From an uncultured Chitinophaga sp. (lineage in GTDB: Bacteria > Bacteroidota > Bacteroidia > Chitinophagales > Chitinophagaceae), in NCBI GenBank assembly GCA_964576375.1, contig CAZNUR010000003.1, positions 3,532 through 67,531 of the forward strand: DNA of 64,000 bases, read 5' to 3'. A program made the translations under genes and the position numbers. Of the stretch, positions 29,539-38,728 are shown one piece after another. Every line of letters begins with the position of its first letter. Positions within the stretch are counted from its first letter, which is position 1. A model generated the notes under the pieces. It was not told where the DNA came from and made no database searches. It was given only the letters and a program-made list of their open reading frames with translations.

Positions 29539-31056
29539 ATGAAAGAACTAACCCTCTTATTCCCTCACCAACTGTACTTCCCCCACCCCGCTTTAGAAAA
29601 AAAGCGCCCCATTGTGCTGATAGAAGAGGCGCTTTTCTTTACTCAATACCAGTTTCACAAGCAAAAACTAATTCTCCATCGCGCCTCGTTACGTGCATTT
29701 CAGGAATTACTTGAGAAAAAGGGATTTTCAGTGAAATATATCGCTGCTACGGAGAGCACACATGAGCTAGCGGCCTGTTTGAAAAGTCTTGCAAAAAATG
29801 GGCTGAAAAGTTTGCACTATATAGACCCTGTGGATGATTGGCTTCAACGGAAATTGAATAAAAATGCTAAACAACTAAAGATTGAACTAACGCAATATCC
29901 AAGCCCTGGTTTTTTAAATCAAATTAAAGAGGTAGAACCCTTTTTTGAAAAACGAAAAACATATTTCCAAACCGATTTTTATTGCTGGCAACGAAAACAA
30001 CGGAATTGGCTCATGGATCAGCAAGGAAAACCTATGGGAGGGAAATGGACCTTTGATGATCAAAACCGGGAACGCTATCCCGCAAAAAATACACCCCCAG
30101 ACCTGCCAAAAGTAAAACCCAACAAACACGTGCTGGAAGCCACCCAATATGTAGAGGCTAACTTTTCAAAAAATCCCGGCGAAACAAAAGACTTTAATTA
30201 CCCCGTAACACATGAACAAGCCAACAACTGGTGGAAGAATTTTTTAGAAAATCGATTTAAAGACTTTGGCATCTATGAAGATGCAATGACGCTGCAACAT
30301 AGTTGGCTACACCACTCAGTAATCAGTCCACTTTTAAACATTGGCCTACTACAACCCTCCGTACTAATGGAAGAGGTACTAGAATTTGGGGTCAATAAAA
30401 AAATACCCATCAACTCGCTAGAGGGTTTTGTAAGACAAATAAGTGGGTGGCGGGAATTTATTCGTATTGTGTACGAAAAGGAGGGGCGCAAACAACGTAC
30501 TACCAATTACTGGAAGTTCACCCGAAAAATACCCTCTAGTTTTTGGTCAGGGAATACAGGAATTCATCCAATTGATCATCTGATTGATACATTGAAAAAA
30601 AATGCATACACGCATCATATTGAAAGACTAATGGTGCTTGGAAATTTTATGCTACTCTGTGAATTTGATCCTGACGAGGTATACAAATGGTTCATGGAGT
30701 GGTACATAGATAGTTATGATTGGGTGATGGTACCCAACGTATACGGCATGACCCAATTTGCGGATGGAGGCTTAATGACTACCAAACCCTACATCAGCGG
30801 TAGCAACTATTTGCTTAAGATGGGAGATTGGGATAAGAAGAAAATCACGCAACTTGATAATGGCGAGGTAGTCTCCTGGACCGAAATATGGGACGGTCTT
30901 TTTTGGCGCTTTATGGATAAACAAAGAAGCTTTTTCCTTAAAAATCCTCGTCTGGGCATGTTAGTTAAAACGTTGGATAAGATGAACCCAGAGCGGAAAA
31001 TGCGACTTTTTCAAGTGGCTAACTCATATTTATCACAATTGGACAGAACTAATTAG
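29539..31056 (+). CDS. Bacterial (6-4) photolyase / cryptochrome (PhrB/CryPro family), lacking the FeS cysteines
   Basis: LFPHQL, HKQKL, GGKWTFD, EGFVRQISGWREF, HHIERLM, TKPYISGSNY. Confidence 0.9.
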   Translation: MKELTLLFPHQLYFPHPALEKKRPIVLIEEALFFTQYQFHKQKLILHRASLRAFQELLEKKGFSVKYIAATESTHELAACLKSLAKNGLKSLHYIDPVDDWLQRKLNKNAKQLKIELTQYPSPGFLNQIKEVEPFFEKRKTYFQTDFYCWQRKQRNWLMDQQGKPMGGKWTFDDQNRERYPAKNTPPDLPKVKPNKHVLEATQYVEANFSKNPGETKDFNYPVTHEQANNWWKNFLENRFKDFGIYEDAMTLQHSWLHHSVISPLLNIGLLQPSVLMEEVLEFGVNKKIPINSLEGFVRQISGWREFIRIVYEKEGRKQRTTNYWKFTRKIPSSFWSGNTGIHPIDHLIDTLKKNAYTHHIERLMVLGNFMLLCEFDPDEVYKWFMEWYIDSYDWVMVPNVYGMTQFADGGLMTTKPYISGSNYLLKMGDWDKKKITQLDNGEVVSWTEIWDGLFWRFMDKQRSFFLKNPRLGMLVKTLDKMNPERKMRLFQVANSYLSQLDRTN

Positions 31057-31079
31057 GCGAATTATTGTTTAAGCTTTTT

Positions 31080-32246
31080 ATGAAACAATTCCCCACAGAC
31101 AAACAATCCATAAAAGAACGCGTCAAAAAAATTGATCCCGTTGGATATGGAATCACGCGTAACTACTTGGATGGCAAGGTAACTTACTTGTCCCCATACA
31201 TTTCAAGGGGGGTTCTTTCTACCCGTCAGCTTACTGACCATGTAATGCAATTAGACTATCAACCACATCAAATATTACGACTAGTTCAAGAGCTGGCTTG
31301 GAGAGATTATTTTCAACGCGTATGGCAGCAACTGGGAGATGATATTTTTGAAGATATACGGATGAACAGAACTGCCATAAGAAGTCACAAAATACCCAAA
31401 GCTATTCTGGAAGCATCAACCGGAATTCATGCCGTTGATGAGGGAATCCAAACCTTGCTTAGTACGGGATATATGCACAATCATCTTCGCATGTATGTTG
31501 CTTCAATAAGTTGCAATGTTGCAAAAATCGATTGGCGCATTCCATCACAGTGGATGTATTACCATTTATTAGATGGCGACTTAGCCAGTAACACACTGAG
31601 TTGGCAATGGGTAGCAGGCACATTCTCCTCCAAGAAATACTACTGTAATCAAGAAAATATTAACCAATATTGTGGGACTAAGCAAAAGGGAACCTTTCTG
31701 GATAAACCTTATTTGGATCTACCCACCATGGAGATTCCCTCCGTTTTGGAACCTGTTGAGAACTTTTCATTGGAAACCAGATTACCAAAAAAGGAGAATC
31801 CAGTTTTAGACCCAAGCTTGCCTGTATTATTGTATCACCCTTATCATATCGATCCAGACTGGAAAAGTGAGATTAAAGCCAATAGAATTCTTGTATTAGA
31901 GCCCTCACACTTTAGAGAACACCCCGTCAGCGAAACAGTCATCAACTTTATGATTGATCTTGCAAAAAATATCGAGGGTATTCAAATTTTTGCGGGTGAG
32001 GTCGGCGAAATTTCAGGTCTTCGAAACTGTAAATCAATCCATACCCGAGAACACCCTTCTTTCCAACATTTCCCTGGATACCATGAAGCAAGAGATTGGA
32101 TGGTTCCAGAATTAACAGGAAAATTCAATTCCTTCTTCGACTATTGGAAGAAAGCCGAAAAAGTACTTTTTCCCAAAGTATCAAAAACTGTAACCACTCC
32201 CTCTCTTTTCTCCACAGCCCCTGCACTATCTTTGCAGAAACGCTGA
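31080..32246 (+). CDS. Short photolyase with N-terminal FAD-binding domain (NewPHL-like; likely start 31080)
   Basis: LSPYISRG near the N-terminus, ELAWRDYF, GYMHNHLRMYVAS, LLDGDLASNTLSWQWVAG; reduced alpha/beta-like domain at the C-terminus. Confidence 0.85.
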   Translation: MKQFPTDKQSIKERVKKIDPVGYGITRNYLDGKVTYLSPYISRGVLSTRQLTDHVMQLDYQPHQILRLVQELAWRDYFQRVWQQLGDDIFEDIRMNRTAIRSHKIPKAILEASTGIHAVDEGIQTLLSTGYMHNHLRMYVASISCNVAKIDWRIPSQWMYYHLLDGDLASNTLSWQWVAGTFSSKKYYCNQENINQYCGTKQKGTFLDKPYLDLPTMEIPSVLEPVENFSLETRLPKKENPVLDPSLPVLLYHPYHIDPDWKSEIKANRILVLEPSHFREHPVSETVINFMIDLAKNIEGIQIFAGEVGEISGLRNCKSIHTREHPSFQHFPGYHEARDWMVPELTGKFNSFFDYWKKAEKVLFPKVSKTVTTPSLFSTAPALSLQKR

Positions 32247-32247
32247 T

Positions 32248-32766
32248 ATGCAAGCAAAATCCCCTGCAGATAGTCTAACCATTATGACGGAGCTAGTACT
32301 CCCAAACGACACCAATTTGTTTGGCAACTTGATGGGCGGACGCCTGATGTACTGGATGGATATCGCCGCAGCACTAGCTGCACAGAAACATTGCAGCGTT
32401 CCTTGTGTAACAGCATCAGTCGACAACATATCTTTTGAGAACCCCATTAAATTAGGGAACACGGTGCATATTGAAGCAAAAGTGACAAGGGCATTTAATT
32501 CGTCCATGGAAATTCACCTACGGGTTTGGGGTGAAGATCTCTCTCAACAATACAGATATAAAAGTAACGAGGCTTATTACACATTTGTAGCCTTGGATCC
32601 CAATCGCAAACCGAGACCTGTACCTGCACTTCAGCCCACAAATGAGGAAGAAAAAAGATTATTTGATGGAGCGCTTAGAAGAAGACAGCTTCGCTTAATC
32701 TTGGGTGGAAAAATGAAACCGGGTGAAGCTGCAGAATTAAAAGCGCTCTTTACTGACGCAAAATAA
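32248..32766 (+). CDS. Acyl-CoA thioesterase (hotdog fold, YciA-like)
   Basis: LPNDTNLFGNLMGG, TASVD, FVALD; TATCTTTG box at 32227-32234. Confidence 0.93.
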   Translation: MQAKSPADSLTIMTELVLPNDTNLFGNLMGGRLMYWMDIAAALAAQKHCSVPCVTASVDNISFENPIKLGNTVHIEAKVTRAFNSSMEIHLRVWGEDLSQQYRYKSNEAYYTFVALDPNRKPRPVPALQPTNEEEKRLFDGALRRRQLRLILGGKMKPGEAAELKALFTDAK

Positions 32767-32771
32767 GTAGC

Positions 32772-33539
32772 TTAATTTTCCAACGCGGTTCGATGGTGTT
32801 TCCCTTTCAACATGTAAGGGCGGCTTTGTTCGATTGCATCCATAATCTGATCCATAATTTGTTCTGGAGATGCATCATAATCAATTTTTAGGGGCGCTTT
32901 GAATTGAACAGACAGACGAGTGTTTCTCTTTTTTAATTTAAGACCCTTCTTGTTGAATGCGCGCCAAAAACCATTGATCACAATAGGAACCACAATGGGG
33001 CGAACCTCTTTAATAATCATGGCAGTTCCTTTTCGTCCAGGAGCAAAAGGCCTGGTAGTTCCCTGCGGAAATGTAATCACCCAATTTTTTTCTAACGCCC
33101 TTACAATTTTTCGGGTATCAGAGGGATCTAATCCCCTTCTTACATCTTTTCCCTCAGCACGCCATGTTCGTTTTACTGTTATACCCCCCGCAAGTAGAAA
33201 GAGACGTGTAAGTAAATTGTCTTTCATTGTTTCAACAGCTGCCACATAGTTTACACGAGTAAATGGATTCAACAGATAATAAGGAACACCCAATCTGTTT
33301 TTCTTACCCCATTTGATTGCGCAGAAAATCTGAAAGAAAGTAATTACATCTGCAAAATACGTTTGATGATTGCTAACAAATAGCACACGCTCCTTGGGCA
33401 ATCCTTTTAGATGCTCTGATCCGCTGATCCGAAGTCTGTTAAATAACGCAAGCCCCGGATAAGAGGCTACTCCCACGACCATGAAAACTGCTTTTCTGAT
33501 CAGATTGGCACGAAAAATACGTTGCACGATTTTAGACAT
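32772..33539 (-). CDS. Lysophospholipid acyltransferase (PlsC family)
   Basis: NHQTYFAD, FPQGT; TATATTTG box at 33561-33568. Confidence 0.9.
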   Translation of the reverse strand: MSKIVQRIFRANLIRKAVFMVVGVASYPGLALFNRLRISGSEHLKGLPKERVLFVSNHQTYFADVITFFQIFCAIKWGKKNRLGVPYYLLNPFTRVNYVAAVETMKDNLLTRLFLLAGGITVKRTWRAEGKDVRRGLDPSDTRKIVRALEKNWVITFPQGTTRPFAPGRKGTAMIIKEVRPIVVPIVINGFWRAFNKKGLKLKKRNTRLSVQFKAPLKIDYDASPEQIMDQIMDAIEQSRPYMLKGKHHRTALEN

Positions 33540-33590
33540 GCTTTAGGATTACAGGTATAACAAATATAACAAGCACTGCAGCAGCTGCAC

Positions 33591-33619
33591 AAAAAAAGGC
33601 TGCCGGTGAAGGCAGCCTT
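33591..33619 (-). terminator. Intrinsic terminator of rpsA
   Basis: Stem AAGGCTGCC/GGCAGCCTT with 6-nt loop, followed by a T run on the minus strand. Confidence 0.85.
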
Positions 33620-33644
33620 GTAGTATAAGTTAGACAAAACTGGA

Positions 33645-35543
33645 TTATTCAGCGCCTTTTTCCTCGGCACCACCCTCCATCTTCTTCTTAAGATCAGCTA
33701 AAACACCCAGATCGCCCAATGTTGCTTTCTCAACTTTGCTCTGGATATTCTTTACTGCTTTTTTAGTTTTGTCGGCATCAGCTTTTGCTTCCTTCTTCGC
33801 TACTTCTGCTTCTTCTACTTTCCCTTGCTCCCAAATACGGGTGTGAGAAAGTACAATCCGCTTTTCATTACGATCAAACTCAATAACCATGAAAGATGCA
33901 GTTTCATCCGCAGCAATAGTCTTGCCATCTTCTTTTGCCAAGTGACGGTTAGGAGCAAATCCTTCTAAGCCGTAAGGCAATTGTACAACGGCACCTTTAT
34001 CGTCACGACGCGTAACCAATCCCTCGTGTAAGCTTCCGATAGCAAAAGTGTCCTGTAGGGTATTCCATGGGTCTTCTTCTAGTTGCTTATGACCTAATTG
34101 CAGCTTACGATTTTCACGATCGATTCCTAAGATCATTACATCAATATGCTGTCCAACTTTTGTGTACTCAGTAGGATGATTGAAACGCTTCAACCAGCTT
34201 AGGTCACTGATGTGAATCATTCCACCAATACCAGGTGCCAATTCAACAAACACGCCATAATTAGTGATGTTTTTAACTAAACCAGCATGGCGGCTTCCCT
34301 CTGGGAATTTCGCATCAATTTCATTCCATGGATCAGCAGAGAGCTGCTTGATGGAAAGACTCATCTTACGACTTTCCTTATCCAGTGTAACGATTTTAGC
34401 TTCGTGCTCATCACCAAGTTTGAAGAACTCCTTAGCATTTACAGGTGTATTAGCCCATGTAATTTCAGATACGTGAACTAATCCCTCAACACCAGGTTGA
34501 ATTTCTAAGAAAGCACCATAGTCCTCAATGTTAACTACCTTTCCTTTAACTACATTACCTTCTGCAACAGAGTCTCCTAACACATCCCAAGGATGAGGAG
34601 TAAGCTGCTTCAAGCCAAGGCTGATTCGACGCTTTTCGTCATCGAAGTCAAGTACCACCACATTGATCTTTTGATCAAGTTTGAGCACTTCAGAAGGATG
34701 TGCAATACGACCCCAAGAAATATCAGTGATGTACAATAGACCATCCAATCCACCCAAGTCCATAAAGGCTCCGAAGTCTGTGATATTCTTAACAGTACCC
34801 TCTAACACCTGTCCTTTTTCCAACTTACTCATGATCTGAGCACGCTGCGCTTCAATATCACTCTCAATTAATGCTTTGTGCGATACTACGGCATTCTTGA
34901 TTGTCTCATTGATCTTAACAACCTTGAATTCCATTGTTTTACCAACAAACTGATCGTAGTCAGTAACAGGCTTAACGTCGATTTGTGAACCAGGAAGGAA
35001 TGTTTCCATACCAAATACATCTACGATCAAGCCACCTTTGGTTTTGGAGGTAACAGTACCTGTGATAATCTCACCAGTCTTGTGTACTTCCACAATACGC
35101 TCCCAAGCACGAGTAATCCGAGCTTGACGACGGCTCAAATTCAAATGACCATCGCGGTCCTCTTTTTCAACAATCATCACTTCCACTTCATCACCAACTT
35201 TTAGTCCGGGGATGTCACGGAATTCATTCAAAGAAATCAATCCATCGCTCTTAAAACCGATGTTTAATACTACATCTGTTTTGGTCATTCCCACTACTAA
35301 TCCTTTGATCAACTCACCATCGTTCAATTGAACGAATGTGCTTTCGTAAACTTTGTGATACTTTTCTTTCTCGTCATCGGAGTAAGAAGTAACATTACGC
35401 TTGTCTACGGTCCAGTCAAAATCATCATGTGCAGTTAGCACAGCCTCTACAGGTGCTTTTGTTGTCGCTGCAGGTGTGACGGTATCCGCCCCACTCTCCT
35501 GTACATCAGCGTTTAATTGTTTGGTTAAAAATTGATGAAACAT
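33645..35543 (-). CDS. rpsA: 30S ribosomal protein S1
   Basis: Six S1 repeats (FLPGSQID, ITDFGAF, IEDYGAF, ITNYGVF); Bacteroidota-type N-terminus DDFDW. Confidence 0.98.
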   Translation of the reverse strand: MFHQFLTKQLNADVQESGADTVTPAATTKAPVEAVLTAHDDFDWTVDKRNVTSYSDDEKEKYHKVYESTFVQLNDGELIKGLVVGMTKTDVVLNIGFKSDGLISLNEFRDIPGLKVGDEVEVMIVEKEDRDGHLNLSRRQARITRAWERIVEVHKTGEIITGTVTSKTKGGLIVDVFGMETFLPGSQIDVKPVTDYDQFVGKTMEFKVVKINETIKNAVVSHKALIESDIEAQRAQIMSKLEKGQVLEGTVKNITDFGAFMDLGGLDGLLYITDISWGRIAHPSEVLKLDQKINVVVLDFDDEKRRISLGLKQLTPHPWDVLGDSVAEGNVVKGKVVNIEDYGAFLEIQPGVEGLVHVSEITWANTPVNAKEFFKLGDEHEAKIVTLDKESRKMSLSIKQLSADPWNEIDAKFPEGSRHAGLVKNITNYGVFVELAPGIGGMIHISDLSWLKRFNHPTEYTKVGQHIDVMILGIDRENRKLQLGHKQLEEDPWNTLQDTFAIGSLHEGLVTRRDDKGAVVQLPYGLEGFAPNRHLAKEDGKTIAADETASFMVIEFDRNEKRIVLSHTRIWEQGKVEEAEVAKKEAKADADKTKKAVKNIQSKVEKATLGDLGVLADLKKKMEGGAEEKGAE

Positions 35544-35575
35544 TCTAATAACCCGAGGGTTTTATTTCGGGGTGG

Positions 35576-35583
35576 CAAAGATA
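35576..35583 (-). promoter_or_regulatory. -7 box (TATCTTTG) for rpsA
   Basis: Exact TAnnTTTG 32 nt upstream of the ATG; a small leader hairpin follows. Confidence 0.7.
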
Positions 35584-35618
35584 CAGGTATTATCATTATT
35601 TTCACTAAAAATCAGGGC

Positions 35619-36590
35619 TTGCTTTACGAAGGACTTAAACTGGTTTCTAGGCTGGCAATCAAGGTTTTATGCAGAGATATTCGCATAAATAATCCAGCAA
35701 TTCTTGAATTGAAAGGCCCTGTGTTACTTGCAGCAAATCATCCAAATTCTTTTCTTGATTCCATACTACTTGACACCCTGTTTAAAGAACCGGTATGGGC
35801 ACTGGCCCGCGGCGATGCTTTTCGAAAAAAATGGCACGCTCGTTTACTTCGCGCTTTGCGCATCTTTCCAGTTTACAGAACTAGTGAAGGTGTGGAGAAC
35901 CTACACGTGAACTATCAAACATTTGATACTTGTGTAGCGCTATTCAAACAAAACCAAATTGTTACTATCTATAGTGAGGCACTTTGTGTAAACGAATGGC
36001 ATTTACGTAATCTTAAGAAAGGAACTGCGCGATTAGCCATTCAAGCCTGGGAGGCGGGTGTTCCTCTAATGGTATTGCCAGTGGGCATCAACTACAGCTC
36101 TTTCAGAACATTTGGGAAAAATGTTCATATCAACTTTGGCGAACCCATCACTGCTGATCGAATTCCACTGATAAAAAGTGACGGCCACCGTCATCAACAT
36201 TTCAATCAATGCTTACAGGAAGAATTAAAGAAGCTTGTGTATGAGATTGGCCCTGAAGATAAGAATAGGCTTACACAGCTATTAGGATCACCGGTGAGCA
36301 GAACGGAAAAAATTATTCTTTTCCCCTTTGCGCGCATTGGCCAATTAATACATTGGCCACTCCATTATCCCTTACAAAAGTTTACGTTGCAAAAATTTGG
36401 TGAAACGGGTCATTATGACTCGGTCTTAAGTGCTCTCCTCTTACTCTCCTATCCAGTTTACTTGCTATTAATCTTACTCTTACTTTGGACACTGGGTATT
36501 TCACTTGTACCGGCTTTACTGATCGTAGCAACATTTCCAGTATTAGCATGGAGCCATGTTCGTACTAAAAAACAATTTGACTTTCAGTGA
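35619..36590 (+). CDS. Glycerolipid acyltransferase (PlsC-like; likely TTG start near 35619)
   Basis: ANHPNSFLD, LARGDAF, LKKGTAR, PVGINY; the longer ORF start overlaps the rpsA start and promoter. Confidence 0.85.
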   Translation: MLYEGLKLVSRLAIKVLCRDIRINNPAILELKGPVLLAANHPNSFLDSILLDTLFKEPVWALARGDAFRKKWHARLLRALRIFPVYRTSEGVENLHVNYQTFDTCVALFKQNQIVTIYSEALCVNEWHLRNLKKGTARLAIQAWEAGVPLMVLPVGINYSSFRTFGKNVHINFGEPITADRIPLIKSDGHRHQHFNQCLQEELKKLVYEIGPEDKNRLTQLLGSPVSRTEKIILFPFARIGQLIHWPLHYPLQKFTLQKFGETGHYDSVLSALLLLSYPVYLLLILLLLWTLGISLVPALLIVATFPVLAWSHVRTKKQFDFQ

Positions 36591-36592
36591 TT

Positions 36593-37834
36593 CTATGTAT
36601 TGGCCATAGCCATCGCTGCCAAATAACCGCTACTCCAAGCATGTTGAAAATTAAAGCCGCCCGTAATTCCGTCCACATCCAAGACTTCGCCTGCAAAAAA
36701 TAAATTGGGAACTAATTTACTCTCCATACGGCCGGGATCTACCTGGCTACAATCAATCCCACCGGCAGTAACAAACTCCTCTTTGAAAGTTGTTTTACCA
36801 GATACAATAATTTCATGATCAGTAAGCAACTTAATTAACTTGTTTTTCTGACGAGTTGATAAGGTTGAAAAGCGACAAGCCTCATCAATTTCAGCTTCCG
36901 AAAGCAAATAGGCCCACAATCGTTTAGGAAGTTGAAACAAACTACTAGTTGATAATTGCTTTGTTGGCTGGATCGATCGCTGTAAATCAAAATGAGCAGA
37001 TAGGTTTGCGCTATTCCATCCTTCCCCTTCTAACCAATTTAGATGAACAGTAAAATGATATTTTCTTTCCTCCAACCAACGAGCTCCCCAGGCACTCAAC
37101 CTCAAAACAGCAGGGCCACTCAGCCCCCAATGCGTGATCAACACAGGTCCTGTTTCCTCGAACTTTGAACCCTGTATACGTACACGAACTTGTGGCACAC
37201 TAACCCCCATGAGTTTTACAATTGGATTGGATGGGGCATTGAATGTAAATAGTGATGGGACAGGAGAAATCAGCCTGTGTCCCAAGGGTTTTAACCAGTG
37301 CATCATGCGTTCATTAATCATACCACCACAGGCCACACAGCAATGACTGGATGAAATACTAGTTCCGTTTTCTAAATGAATTAGAAATTGGTCATTCACT
37401 TTTTGTATTTCTCGAACGGTAGCATGTAATTTAAATTCAACTCGATAACGAGAAGCCTCTTGCAACAACACATCGATAATTGATTGCGAACTATCAGTAA
37501 CCGGAAACATCCTGCCATCAGGTTCCGTTTTTAGCGCTACCCCACGCTCTTGAAACCACTGAACAGTATCTGTAGTGAAAAAGTGATGCACTACCTTTTT
37601 TACGAGCGCTGTCCCTCGAGGATAATATGATGGAAAAATACTTTTGTCAAAGCAAGCATGTGTAACATTACACCTTCCTCCACCACTAACTTTTACTTTT
37701 GAAAGTAGTTTTCCTGTTTTTTCAATCACCACCACTTTCCAATTTGGCTGGAGACGCGCTACTGTAATGGCAGTAAATATCCCTGCAGCTCCTCCTCCAA
37801 TTACAGCCACCTGATATGGTGAGGGAGTACCCAT
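36593..37834 (-). CDS. HI0933/YhiN (BaiN-like) flavoprotein
   Basis: GGGAAG, KVKVSGGGRCNVT, GRMFP, VTAGG, GEVLDVDGITGGFN. Confidence 0.93.
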   Translation of the reverse strand: MGTPSPYQVAVIGGGAAGIFTAITVARLQPNWKVVVIEKTGKLLSKVKVSGGGRCNVTHACFDKSIFPSYYPRGTALVKKVVHHFFTTDTVQWFQERGVALKTEPDGRMFPVTDSSQSIIDVLLQEASRYRVEFKLHATVREIQKVNDQFLIHLENGTSISSSHCCVACGGMINERMMHWLKPLGHRLISPVPSLFTFNAPSNPIVKLMGVSVPQVRVRIQGSKFEETGPVLITHWGLSGPAVLRLSAWGARWLEERKYHFTVHLNWLEGEGWNSANLSAHFDLQRSIQPTKQLSTSSLFQLPKRLWAYLLSEAEIDEACRFSTLSTRQKNKLIKLLTDHEIIVSGKTTFKEEFVTAGGIDCSQVDPGRMESKLVPNLFFAGEVLDVDGITGGFNFQHAWSSGYLAAMAMANT

Positions 37835-37838
37835 TATT

Positions 37839-38654
37839 TTACGCAAATAGTTGAACTGGTGCCGATGGAAATAGCTGCTGATTCAAGCGTTCTGCAGCTT
37901 CAATGGGTGCATAATCAGATAAGATTTCAGCCCGATCCTTACGCACACAAACGTCATGTTCAAAATGGACGGACACTTTTGCATCTTTAGTACGAACCGT
38001 CCAGCCATCTTGATCTGTATACACTTCCTTTTTACCAAGATTAATCATGGGCTCGATAGCAAGCACTAAACCTTCCTTTAATTTGGGTCCAGAACCTCTC
38101 TTCCCATAATTGGGTACCTGCGGGTCCTCATGCAAATTCTTCCCCAACCCATGTCCTACGAGTTCTCTTACCACACCATATCCATGCTTCTTTTCAGTAT
38201 ATTCCTGGATCGCAAAAGATATATCTCCCACTCGATTTCCTGCAATTGCTTTTTCGATTCCCTTATACAACGACTCTTTTGTTACACTAATCAATTTTGA
38301 TACGGCAGCAGCAGGCTGTCCTAGGCAAAATGTATAGGCGTGATCACCATGCCAACCATTCAAGATTACCCCCACATCAATCGAAATCACATCGCCTTCC
38401 ACCAGTGGCTTTTCATTGGGAAAACCATGTACCACCACATCATTTACAGAAATACAAGAACTGAAAGGATATCCATGATAGTTCAAAAAAGAAGGAACAG
38501 CCTTATGATCGCAAATAAATTGATGAATTAGCTTATCGAGCAATAATGTGCTGATACCTGCGCGAAGCTCACCAGCTACCATAGCCAGCGTTTTACTCAC
38601 TAACAAGGCGCTAGCCCGCATGTGGGCAATCTCTTCCTCGGTCTTTAATATCAT
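37839..38654 (-). CDS. map: Methionine aminopeptidase type I
   Basis: SVNDVVVHG, DVG, GHGLG...HEDP, AIEPM, HFEH. Confidence 0.97.
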   Translation of the reverse strand: MILKTEEEIAHMRASALLVSKTLAMVAGELRAGISTLLLDKLIHQFICDHKAVPSFLNYHGYPFSSCISVNDVVVHGFPNEKPLVEGDVISIDVGVILNGWHGDHAYTFCLGQPAAAVSKLISVTKESLYKGIEKAIAGNRVGDISFAIQEYTEKKHGYGVVRELVGHGLGKNLHEDPQVPNYGKRGSGPKLKEGLVLAIEPMINLGKKEVYTDQDGWTVRTKDAKVSVHFEHDVCVRKDRAEILSDYAPIEAAERLNQQLFPSAPVQLFA

Positions 38655-38670
38655 GTGACAAATATCTATG

Positions 38671-38707
38671 AAAAAATAAAAAACCCGGCCGAAGATTCAG
38701 CCGGGTT
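38671..38707 (-). terminator. Intrinsic terminator between secY and map
   Basis: Minus strand AACCCGGCTGAATCTTCGGCCGGGTT hairpin followed by TTTTATTTTTT. Confidence 0.8.
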
Positions 38708-38728
38708 AAAAATTCACAAAACAAATTA

